A stretch of DNA of 64,000 nt from Candidatus Thorarchaeota archaeon (GCA_019057475.1 DXJO01000010.1:128001-192000); one strand, 5' to 3'. Positions 51,210-59,940 are shown, counted from the stretch's first letter. The notes: generated by a model from the letters alone, not told the origin. Made by a program: numbers and translations.

Positions 51210-51234
51210 ACTACTCTTTGAGTCGCAGCCATAG

Positions 51235-51858
51235 TCATCCTATCAATAACACAATGATTGACCTAATTACGAACGTGTAGACAAGATGCAAAATCGTAAC
51301 GAGGAACGAGGCAGCGATGAAGAGCAGTGCATTTGTTCGGGGCTCAGCATCTCTCTTCTTGATAGTCAGGAAGAAGAGCAAGAACAGGAATGATGCCCCA
51401 CCCCAACCGAATGGAACTATTGGCGGCATCTCGTACCAAACAGGTATTGCCTCAGGCGGCCATACCCACCAGCCGGTTTCAGGAGCCCCTGCTGCTATTT
51501 CTACGGGCAACGAGATGAACGCAGTGATGACTGCGGCAGTTAGCAGGATTGCCCAGAGATTATCTTTCCATTTTGGAGCAAATGCTTCAAGGATTCTGTT
51601 TCCAACCACCCAGCTTGCATAGAATGACACAGACCATCCAAACCACATCACCATCGGCGCCGCTCCAATGTAGAACGCATGATCTGGGTAGGAATACATG
51701 CCAGGCATTAGAGCAACAATGTTCTCGCGCACTACTCCAAAGATGAATCCTCCAATGAAGAAAGCGGCCGTTAGCCAATGTTCTCTATGCATCCAGCCAT
51801 GAATGAAGCACAGCAAAGATCCAATCATCACTGCAGCCGTCACTATCTCAGCTAGCAC
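51235..51858 (-). CDS. Membrane protein (carotenoid biosynthesis/CruF-like, tentative)
   Basis: Six TM helices; E...Y.Y, P....GW, E.......WW.W, P.....GW pattern. Confidence 0.6.
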   Translation of the reverse strand: MLAEIVTAAVMIGSLLCFIHGWMHREHWLTAAFFIGGFIFGVVRENIVALMPGMYSYPDHAFYIGAAPMVMWFGWSVSFYASWVVGNRILEAFAPKWKDNLWAILLTAAVITAFISLPVEIAAGAPETGWWVWPPEAIPVWYEMPPIVPFGWGGASFLFLLFFLTIKKRDAEPRTNALLFIAASFLVTILHLVYTFVIRSIIVLLIG

Positions 51859-52033
51859 TCTCTGACCTCCTTAGCTTCAAGACTGCAACAAGCCAAAGCA
51901 CTAACACCAGTGAGAGTGGCACTGCTGAAAGGGCCCGCATCGGGTCTCCAATTATGAACAGATTGACTCCCGTCATTGACAATATCACGCCCAATATCGC
52001 CAAGACTGGGAGAATGTCTTCATGAATCTCCAT
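51848..52033 (-). CDS. Small two-TM membrane protein
   Basis: MEIHEDILPVLAILG...; overlaps the start of the next gene. Confidence 0.55.
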   Translation of the reverse strand: MEIHEDILPVLAILGVILSMTGVNLFIIGDPMRALSAVPLSLVLVLWLVAVLKLRRSESAS

Positions 52034-52066
52034 GTGCAAGACACACCAGTTCTCCATTGATTGGGG

Positions 52067-52346
52067 GGCATGCAACAGCTGCCAAGAACTTGTACAATCC
52101 TGGACATTTTGTAGGTGTTTAAAACATACTGTTCAGGATTGAGTGGTGTGGATGTTCAATGCAGATTGCTAGGACCTCCATGCGATTTGGTCGCCGCCAG
52201 TTGGACGGAGACAGAAAACGCCTGTGGAGAGGACGTGAGACTTGTCGCAGATCCAGTAGGATCTGCAGAGCAGACCTCAATGAATCAGGAACCGAACATC
52301 AGTCAAGGACATTGCTGTCCAAGATTGTGCAAGTTTCGGGCAACGG
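52067..52346 (+). mobile_element. Miniature non-autonomous element C with the same end architecture
   Basis: Left end 52067-52106 and right end 52316-52346 align ungapped with the ends of elements A and B and are imperfect inverted repeats of each other; GG at both junctions. Confidence 0.78.
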
Positions 52347-52351
52347 CGAGT

Positions 52352-53449
52352 CTAAAGGTTTCCTGCTTCCTGGTTTCGTCGAGATTGGGCCGGTCTAATT
52401 AGCTCCCGAATCGTTATCGACATGAATAGCAGGAAACCAATCACGAAGAACGACAGATAACCAAGAACGCTTATGATAGCCGTGATGTCGGGGATGACTG
52501 CCCAGACTAGTATCAAGAGGATAAGCAAACCATACCATCGCTTCAAATCTTTCATTCCTAACAGCTTGGAGTCGGCGCTCGGAATGGACTTGGATTCATC
52601 GACTGGAGGACTTGCATAGATGAGCAATATCACAAAGGCGTAGATGAAGAGAGTAGCGATGATTGTTTCAATACCTGGAATGCGCTCAGGTAGGAGAGTC
52701 GGGAATGTGATTGCGTACAGGAGGACAACGTACGTGCCAGTCAGAGCCAGACCTTTCCTTCCCAATCTCAGTGATTGAATCGAGAACGACCCTCCTCCGC
52801 GCCTTTTGATAAGATAGTACGGGATTAGAATCAGGATAAGGCTGCCAAGCGCTGTAACCCCCGCCACGATGAAATTGTATCCTGAACTAACTGTCATAAA
52901 CAAGGACCCTATGATAAAGGCGTACAGGTATAACACTGAATTCCTTCGACTTCTCTGAAGGAATGAGGTGTGAGTCGGGAAGGTGGTTTCCATTCCCTCA
53001 TTAGACGTGTTGCCAGCTTGAGCTATAATCTGGAATACCAGAATCGGTAGGACGAATGCCATTACTGGGTGCCAGAACATGAGCAGCACGATGTTCTCAG
53101 CAACTGCAAACCCAAAGACCGTGCCAAGAAGAGGTGGATCAGTGAGGTATCCCACCCAGAGAACCTTTGTGACCCACGACTCATAGAGTCCGAATAATAT
53201 TCCCCAGAGATACAGTTGACCCACTGACGTTCTCTTGGATCTCATAGCAAGGTTTAGGAAGAGCAGAGTGTGTGACCAGTAGAGGGGCAGCGTGACAAAC
53301 CAGGCCCACTCGGTGATGAACCAAAGAATGGATGAGCCCGAGAACGCCTCGGCGAACACCATCGACAGGAAGCCGATAAGCACCAACTGAGCCCACCTTG
53401 AATCTGCTGGTTTCTCTGATTCTTGCATGCCCATCCAGATAATTGCCAC
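52352..53449 (-). CDS. Polytopic membrane protein, unknown function
   Basis: About 10 TM helices; FAE..SGS, YE....KVLW, WHP. Confidence 0.75.
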   Translation of the reverse strand: MAIIWMGMQESEKPADSRWAQLVLIGFLSMVFAEAFSGSSILWFITEWAWFVTLPLYWSHTLLFLNLAMRSKRTSVGQLYLWGILFGLYESWVTKVLWVGYLTDPPLLGTVFGFAVAENIVLLMFWHPVMAFVLPILVFQIIAQAGNTSNEGMETTFPTHTSFLQRSRRNSVLYLYAFIIGSLFMTVSSGYNFIVAGVTALGSLILILIPYYLIKRRGGGSFSIQSLRLGRKGLALTGTYVVLLYAITFPTLLPERIPGIETIIATLFIYAFVILLIYASPPVDESKSIPSADSKLLGMKDLKRWYGLLILLILVWAVIPDITAIISVLGYLSFFVIGFLLFMSITIRELIRPAQSRRNQEAGNL

Positions 53450-53524
53450 GCGAATATCTCTTCCTAGAACGAGATGTATTCCAAAGAACTATATCACGTA
53501 CTGGGCGCTCCCGTGTGACCGGAG

Positions 53525-53812
53525 ATGCCTTACTACGTCTACATAATCGAAACAGGGACTGGCACTTACTACACTGGTCAGACTAATGATCTAAAACGAC
53601 GACTGAACGAGCATATGTCCGGGAATTCAAAGTCCGCAGCATACTTTCACATGCATCAGCCCAAGTACCTTGTATACGTGGAAGAATGCAACACCAGAGG
53701 TGATGCTCTTCGTCGTGAGCGTCAGATTAAACGAAATCGACGACTTAAGCTGTTCTTGGTCGGTGACCGACGAGATCTCCAAGGACTCGTGAATTCAGAG
53801 ACCATCTCCTAG
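53525..53812 (+). CDS. GIY-YIG nuclease (UPF0213/YhbQ-like)
   Basis: YYVYI....GTYYTGQTNDLKRRL.EH..G, A.RRE.QIK. Confidence 0.9.
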   Translation: MPYYVYIIETGTGTYYTGQTNDLKRRLNEHMSGNSKSAAYFHMHQPKYLVYVEECNTRGDALRRERQIKRNRRLKLFLVGDRRDLQGLVNSETIS

Positions 53813-53861
53813 GACCGATTAGTTTTCATATCCGGGACATGTTGTTAATGACTGGTGCGCA

Positions 53862-55385
53862 GTGATGACTGAAATAATCTTGGCGTTGGATGTCGGAACC
53901 ACCGGAGTGCGCTCTTTGGTCTTTGACACAGAGGGTGCAGTTCTCGCGCGAGCCTACAAAGAGTTCGAGAGTTCCTATCCCAAGCCCTCCTGGGTGGAGC
54001 AGAATGCGCAAACCTGGTGGGACACTGCCTGCGTAACAACCAAGCAATGCCTCAAAAACCCGGGTGTCAGCGCTGAGAGTATCTGTGGGTTGAGCGTGAC
54101 TAACCAACGTGAAACGGTCGTTCCAATCGACGATGCTGGTAATCCACTACGTAGTGCCATTGTGTGGCAGGACCGTCGAACTGTGCCCCAATGTAACTGG
54201 ATTCGAAATGTCATGTCGCCGGCTGATGTCTATTCAATCACTGGGCTCACCATTGATCCGTACTTCACCGCTCCCAAGATTCTCTGGATAAAGGAGAACG
54301 AGCCTGAGGTCTTCAGAAAGGCTTGGAAGTTTCTCTTGGTTCACGATTTCATGGTCTTCAAGCTCACTGGTAAAACAATTACTGACCATTCCAATGCAAG
54401 CAGAACGATGCTTTTCGACATCAAGAACGCAGGGTGGTCTGAAAAGATGCTCAACGCATTTGACATCCCGCGTGAGAAGCTCCCTGACCCTCTGCAGTCT
54501 GGTACCCCCGCAGGAGAAGTAACTGCGAAGGCAGCCAACGATTGTGGGCTTAAGGAAGGCACTCCTGTGGTTGCGGGAGGCGGAGACCAGCAGTGTGCGG
54601 CGCTAGGAGTGGGTGTGGTTCGCGAGGGCTCAATCAAGTCAACTACAGGAACAGGTACTTTCCTGCTTGCCTACTCTGACACTCCCAGATTCGATAGCAG
54701 AATACGCGTGCTCTGCAGCCGCCATGTTGTCCCGGGCGCCTTTGTTGTGGAGGCAAGCATGTTCACCACGGGCTCAGCTCTCAGGTGGTTTCGCGATAAC
54801 CTTGGTGCGGAGGAGTGCAATCTTGCCAAAGAGCGGGGCGTTGATCCCTATGAGGTCATGTCGGAAGGGGCGGGCGCGATTCCAGCTGGTTCTGAAGGTG
54901 TCATCCACCTGCCGCATTTCGCAGGGGCTGGTGCACCCTACTGGAATCCACACGCGCGTGGTGTGTTTGCCGGTCTTGCCCTTGGCCACACTAGAAAGCA
55001 TCTCATGCGATCTATCTTGGAGGGCGTTTCTTATGAGATTAGAACCAACCTCGAGATCATGAACGATATTGGGATTCCTGCCTCAGAGGTTCGCGTGACT
55101 GGAGGCGCTGCCAGAAGTCAAGTGTGGATGCAGATACAGGCAGATGTGCTTGGAATGCCAGTAATCCGAACCGAGATGGAAGAGGCTACCGCTCTAGGAG
55201 CCGCAATCCTTGCCTGCAAAGGGGTGGGTTTGTTTGACTCGATGGTAGCAGCCGCTGACAGCATGGTGAAACCATTGGATCCACTTAAACCGCAAGAAAC
55301 GAATCGCAACGTCTACGCCGAAGGATTTGCGCGGTTCAAGCAGCTCTATGCTTCAATATCCAACATCGAGTGGCCTAGCCATTAG
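53862..55385 (+). CDS. xylB: FGGY-family carbohydrate kinase (xylulokinase-like)
   Basis: ALDVGTT, WVEQ, NQRET, WQD.R, ASRTML, GGGDQQ, GTG, LEG, GGAARS. Confidence 0.88.
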   Translation: MMTEIILALDVGTTGVRSLVFDTEGAVLARAYKEFESSYPKPSWVEQNAQTWWDTACVTTKQCLKNPGVSAESICGLSVTNQRETVVPIDDAGNPLRSAIVWQDRRTVPQCNWIRNVMSPADVYSITGLTIDPYFTAPKILWIKENEPEVFRKAWKFLLVHDFMVFKLTGKTITDHSNASRTMLFDIKNAGWSEKMLNAFDIPREKLPDPLQSGTPAGEVTAKAANDCGLKEGTPVVAGGGDQQCAALGVGVVREGSIKSTTGTGTFLLAYSDTPRFDSRIRVLCSRHVVPGAFVVEASMFTTGSALRWFRDNLGAEECNLAKERGVDPYEVMSEGAGAIPAGSEGVIHLPHFAGAGAPYWNPHARGVFAGLALGHTRKHLMRSILEGVSYEIRTNLEIMNDIGIPASEVRVTGGAARSQVWMQIQADVLGMPVIRTEMEEATALGAAILACKGVGLFDSMVAAADSMVKPLDPLKPQETNRNVYAEGFARFKQLYASISNIEWPSH

Positions 55386-55594
55386 GTCGAGTAGATAGCT
55401 AGCTTGTTACCCTTGTCCAAGACAAGTATCTTCACGTCTGGATCATTGGATATCCACTCGTCGACTGCAGCTTGTGGGTCCTCCGCCTTGTCCATGTGCG
55501 CTTTTTCTACGGTATCTATGTCGAGATTTGTGAACATCTGAATGCCTCAAAGGACTTCTAAGAGATCAGCGAATTTGTGCGCTTTGTGCTCGTA
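55382..55594 (-). pseudogene. Diverged duplicate of the larA 3' end with an in-frame stop
   Basis: Colinear 212-bp match to 56261-56472; encodes YEHKAHKFADLLEVL*GIQMFT...DKGNKLAIYST*. Confidence 0.9.
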
Positions 55595-55633
55595 GGTCAA
55601 AGGTAGTTCCCTACGTATAGTTATATCGCAGAA

Positions 55634-56167
55634 TTGGTAAATAGACAATGCTTTCCTCAGATGCTTGATACAGAAGGTTATAGAATGAGAGTTTCTGTCT
55701 TGGTTGGATCTCTGGTCATGTTATCCTTGCTAGCTCCCATGACCATTGTTGGTATTGAAAGTCTTGTAGGGATTGGACCACAAACCATGATGGAAGTTTA
55801 CTGGGTCTTCGTCTATGGTACCTATAATTATTCCAATCAGCAGTTTCATTTTCTTGAATTCTACGTATCAGTTTATGTGCTCATGTCACTACTCTGGGTC
55901 TGTATTGGATTGATAATCTCACATGCATTACTCTTTGACAAGTTTCCACAGTCATCAACGAAGGAAGCATGGGTCCTAGGTATGATAGCTCTGGGGGTTC
56001 AATTGACCTCTGCATTTATAGCTCCTCTGTTCCATTTGCAGCCCCCAACCATTCGGACTTTAGCATACTCCATTCCAATCCCCCTTCAGTCCATTTTGTT
56101 GCTTGTCTTTCTAGCATATGATTGGCGTAGTAGACGCCACAGACTACCCAACAATGATCGTTTCTGA
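55634..56167 (+). CDS. Hypothetical membrane protein (islet cargo)
   Basis: Four hydrophobic segments; lies between the two larA 3' ends. Confidence 0.6.
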   Translation: MVNRQCFPQMLDTEGYRMRVSVLVGSLVMLSLLAPMTIVGIESLVGIGPQTMMEVYWVFVYGTYNYSNQQFHFLEFYVSVYVLMSLLWVCIGLIISHALLFDKFPQSSTKEAWVLGMIALGVQLTSAFIAPLFHLQPPTIRTLAYSIPIPLQSILLLVFLAYDWRSRRHRLPNNDRF

Positions 56168-56259
56168 CACGACGTACAACGGTGGTTGGTGGAATGCATT
56201 CATCTTTGCCGCAAATATCGGGGAGCCGACTCCTTTGACTATCAAACGCCCAAGAAATC

Positions 56260-57546
56260 CTAGGTCGAGTAGATAGCTAGCTTGTTGCCCTTGTCCAAAA
56301 CAAGTATCTTCACGTCTGGGTCATTTGATATCCACTCATCGACCACAGCTTGTGGATTCTCCGTCTTGTCTAGGTGAGCCGATTCTACGGTTTCTCTATC
56401 GAGCTCTGTGAACATCTGAATGCTTGAGAGGTTTTTCAGAAGCTCAGCGAACTTGTACGCCTTGTGCTCGTACAGATGATATTTCCCGCTTATCGACTCT
56501 ATCACAGTGTCAAGTGGAGCAGTCAACTTGTTGTAGAAATTCTCCATTGCACTCTCAGGTGCTACACCATCTCTGCACTCAGCAAGAAACAGAATCTCTC
56601 CTCCTTCTGACACTGCATTCTTAGTGAGTTCAAGTGCTCTCTGGGCATGATACAGGCTCTTGTCTTGGGGGTAACCTCCTGGGGACACCACAATGCGTGG
56701 TCTGGCGGTTACAGTGAAGCTTGCCGTTTCATCGAGCACCTTAATGCCATCAGATATCACTGGCTCCATGCGGCCGGCGCCAGCCCACACTACTTTGTCG
56801 CCATTCGATACGGTTGAGAGAGTGAAGATCGTAGCACCCTTGGTTATCATCTCAGCCGCTTCTCTCATGTCATCCGCGAGTGGGTTGGTTCGCCTTGCTG
56901 GGTCTGGGTGGTATGGATGCGTTCCGAAGGTCGACTTGGGGTCAAGTGCCATTGAATGATTGGCTTCGATTGATGCAAACCCGCACACTCCTGGCAAGAA
57001 GTCCTTGAGAGCATTGGAGTATCCACTGAAGTAATGGGCCTTCATATCAGCAAGAGGAACGTACACATTGTGACCGACGGCAGCGGCGTTAACAATGACT
57101 GGCGTACCTCTGCTTGTTTTCCCCAAGTCAGCCATGTCCGGTTCTTGGCAATCATGAATCTTCACTTTGTAGTTCTCAAGCCCGGCATCAGCAGACGCTC
57201 GTTTGATCATGTCCACGATTTCTAGGTTCCCGGGGTGTTCTACTTCGTGTGACCCGGTTGTGACTATGTACTGGATTCTGTGTGCATACTTCAGTTTTGG
57301 GGCAACCGAGCTGAGGAGTGCCCAATGAGGCTCGTCTCTAGTATGGTCCTCCACCAAAACGCAGACACTCCTGCCCTTGACGATATCCGTCAGAGCGGGT
57401 CCGTATGGGTTCGCAAGGACCCTGTTGAGTTCCTCTAGACTATTTTCTGCAGTCCTGGCTTTCTTCGGCGCGACTGTTCCAGCGAGGTTCTTTTCAGGAA
57501 TCTGCAAGTCAACAGTTCCTTCGCCGTAATTTAGAGTCACTTTCAT
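56260..57546 (-). CDS. larA: Nickel-pincer-dependent lactate racemase (LarA) family
   Basis: D.TR, TGSH, G.TSRGTPV, H.FSGYS..K..LPG, NH, SPGGYP.D..LY, AEC.DG. Confidence 0.88.
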   Translation of the reverse strand: MKVTLNYGEGTVDLQIPEKNLAGTVAPKKARTAENSLEELNRVLANPYGPALTDIVKGRSVCVLVEDHTRDEPHWALLSSVAPKLKYAHRIQYIVTTGSHEVEHPGNLEIVDMIKRASADAGLENYKVKIHDCQEPDMADLGKTSRGTPVIVNAAAVGHNVYVPLADMKAHYFSGYSNALKDFLPGVCGFASIEANHSMALDPKSTFGTHPYHPDPARRTNPLADDMREAAEMITKGATIFTLSTVSNGDKVVWAGAGRMEPVISDGIKVLDETASFTVTARPRIVVSPGGYPQDKSLYHAQRALELTKNAVSEGGEILFLAECRDGVAPESAMENFYNKLTAPLDTVIESISGKYHLYEHKAYKFAELLKNLSSIQMFTELDRETVESAHLDKTENPQAVVDEWISNDPDVKILVLDKGNKLAIYST

Positions 57547-57587
57547 CCTGGTTGCCTCAACAACTGGATGGAACAGTCTTTGAAAAG

Positions 57588-59919
57588 GGTTGCCAATAGC
57601 TCCAAGAATCTTGGACAGACTTGGACACTTATTAGATAGTCGTCTGATGAAACACTTTTTGTGGAGTTTGAATTCTATTGCTGTTAGCTATTATAGCCCT
57701 AATTCTGTATGAGTTAATATTCTTCATCTAGGACCACGTTTTGAGGTAGTGGTTGATGAAGTCAGAAAAGCGGCGTCGTCCCCGCTCGTGCAAGACACCC
57801 GAGGCATCGAAACAGAAGACAATGGACGCCAACTATTATGGCTCTTCATCAACTACTTACCTTGTAGAGTCCTTTGCCCTGAACTCCTGTCAACGCGAAG
57901 TAGCACGAAAGGGAAGGGGCAGAGAACCCGACCCCGCGTACAGACGAGACAGGGATAGTTGGACACAGCAGCTAGTCAGTGTAGCAAGAAAGTGTGGGAG
58001 AAAGGTCGACGACATAGACCTAGCGACTCTCACTCTACATTTTGATAACTATGTCAAGGTTGTCAATCTCATCCTCTCACGGATATACCGGACGGATGGC
58101 CGCGCACAGACACTTGGGGAATCACTCTCGAAGTATAGAGGCAGAGCTTACACTCTGCTAAGAGAGCAGAGAGACCTTTGCTATCAACACAATGATGAAT
58201 ACAAAGAACTAGTGTATGAACGACTTCATCGAAATGCGCTTGAGCATGCCGGCAGAACACTGTTGGCTGATTGGACGCGGAGGCAACTCTTCAATGCTGC
58301 GATCAATCTGCTTCACGGGTCACATGATGATGCTCTACGACTTCTGAGAAGAAAGAATATTCCCTCGGACTTGATTCGAAGATTGCGGGACAGTTGCAAT
58401 GCAGTGAAGAAGAATGGTTCCGGATATCATTACGCTCTTAGTGTTCTAAGGCAGATTCGTCTTACTCTTGATAGTCATATTCTAGATACTCTCAGTATCA
58501 AGATCAGTTGGCGTGGAAGACAGAGGAAGAAGGTGTCTTCCTTACTTGCAAAGGGGTCTCCAGACTTTCAGTATGTCGAGAACCTTGTAGAGAACGAGCT
58601 CCGGAGCTGGGCAAAGAATGGATACTCTTTCACCGTCCCGCAACTAAGAAGCCTCAGTCTTGATTTCAGCGCAAGCACTGAGAACTCCATAGGTCAGGGA
58701 TACTGGTTCACTATTGATTCAGAGAGAGAGAATGAGATCATGCTGCACCTTAAGCTTCCTCCGGGGATAGATGGAAGAGAACACAGTGATTCCCCCTACA
58801 AGTCAAAGACCCTGACCTTCAGATTCCTTGACTGGTTGCCAAGAGCTGCGGCAAAAGATGCTGATAAGGCAAACAGAGCTGAGGAGACCGGTGACTATCA
58901 TCGAGGTGACCAGTTGAGGTTCAGAGCTGCAAAGTTCTCAGACATGCATGAACAACTCATGAACACCATTCAGTTCCAGCAGGTGGTTCATAGACTATCA
59001 AGGCTGAAACAAAGGAAGAGGAGTGATTCTACAGAGATTGCAGACCTAGAAGCAAACGCCCAGAGACTCAAGAGCTCCCGACGGAGTGCTCCTCCAAGAC
59101 TTCTCTTGAGAGGGCAGAGGGTCATCCTCCAGATTCCCTTTCTCTCGCCCAACGGTACAGTGAGCTCCAGAGTCCTAGGAGAGAGAGAATACACGACCAA
59201 GGCAGGAGCTGATAGGGGATTAAGAGTACCAGTTGCCCTCTCGGTTGAGAAAGACACCGAGTATGTAGACCTGTACATATCAGTAGAGTCCCTCATTGCG
59301 AAGAGGATGACACTGAGGAAGAATGCGTCGGTCCTACAGTCAGAGGTGGACAGGAGAAGAAACAACTGGGAGCGAAAGCGGCCCGGACAGACTTATCCCC
59401 GGTTCCTCTTCAAGAAGATGAGGCATCTGGAAGCCACATGGAAGAAGGTACGTCGTCTCGACCGCGAGATTGCTCGCATTATTGCATCAAAGACAGTGTG
59501 GTTCTGTGAAGGCCATCGGGTGAAGAAGGTGTTCTTCGAGGACCTGCGGAGCTTCCAAGCTAAAGGTGGTCTTAGGGACCTGTCGTGGTCGCTGAATACG
59601 AACCTGTGGGGAAAGATCATCGACACGGTCAGATACATGCGAGAGTCTCTTGGTCACTCACCCTATAGTGTGTGGACTGTGAACCCGCGGTACACTAGCC
59701 AGACATGCCATGTCTGTGGCGAGAGAGGTGTCAGGGTTGAGAATGAAACCTCGAAGACAAAGAAGAAGGGAGGAGAGTACTTCTATTGCGAAAAGTGTGG
59801 TTCTCATTTTCACGCTGATATAAACGCAGCAAGAAACATAATTCATGTTCAACCAAGATCCAGTGCCGTTCCTGGACGGACAGCTTGATGTCCAAGTTTG
59901 TCCAAATTACAATGAACGA
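57588..59919 (+). mobile_element. Element A: IS607-like, transposase-less element carrying a giant TnpB-like nuclease
   Basis: Inverted TTGGACA-N3-TTGGACA ends (57611-57627 / 59889-59905, 16/17 match); ends shared with elements B and C. Confidence 0.82.
57753..59888 (+). CDS. tnpB: RNA-guided RuvC nuclease, TnpB/Cas12f-like, 711 aa
   Basis: RuvC-I GADRG, RuvC-II FFEDL, VNPRYTSQTCHVCG...CEKCG zinc ribbon, RuvC-III HADINAARNI. Confidence 0.9.
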   Translation: MMKSEKRRRPRSCKTPEASKQKTMDANYYGSSSTTYLVESFALNSCQREVARKGRGREPDPAYRRDRDSWTQQLVSVARKCGRKVDDIDLATLTLHFDNYVKVVNLILSRIYRTDGRAQTLGESLSKYRGRAYTLLREQRDLCYQHNDEYKELVYERLHRNALEHAGRTLLADWTRRQLFNAAINLLHGSHDDALRLLRRKNIPSDLIRRLRDSCNAVKKNGSGYHYALSVLRQIRLTLDSHILDTLSIKISWRGRQRKKVSSLLAKGSPDFQYVENLVENELRSWAKNGYSFTVPQLRSLSLDFSASTENSIGQGYWFTIDSERENEIMLHLKLPPGIDGREHSDSPYKSKTLTFRFLDWLPRAAAKDADKANRAEETGDYHRGDQLRFRAAKFSDMHEQLMNTIQFQQVVHRLSRLKQRKRSDSTEIADLEANAQRLKSSRRSAPPRLLLRGQRVILQIPFLSPNGTVSSRVLGEREYTTKAGADRGLRVPVALSVEKDTEYVDLYISVESLIAKRMTLRKNASVLQSEVDRRRNNWERKRPGQTYPRFLFKKMRHLEATWKKVRRLDREIARIIASKTVWFCEGHRVKKVFFEDLRSFQAKGGLRDLSWSLNTNLWGKIIDTVRYMRESLGHSPYSVWTVNPRYTSQTCHVCGERGVRVENETSKTKKKGGEYFYCEKCGSHFHADINAARNIIHVQPRSSAVPGRTA

Positions 59920-59940
59920 TATCAGTTTTGGTGTATCACT
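59859..59940 (+). ncRNA. Predicted omega-RNA 3' scaffold (to ~59919) plus flank-derived guide
   Basis: Block conserved in element B; hairpins TCCAG/CTGGA and GGACA/TGTCC; loop CGTTC complementary to terminal GAACG. The 5' start is not determinable. Confidence 0.6.

Noticed and set aside
52160-52320. Canonical group I intron core in element C
   Set aside because: GAGACT/AGTC pairing gives only 4 bp and no Q motif is correctly placed; cannot be supported without a covariance-model search.
57291-57300. 10-nt match TCAGTTTTGG between element A's predicted guide and larA
   Set aside because: Too short and lacks the inferred TAM.
57642-57650. GTCTGATGA shared between element A's leader and element B's predicted guide region
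   Set aside because: Only 9 nt, not guide-proximal, and no adjacent GGG; compatible with chance.
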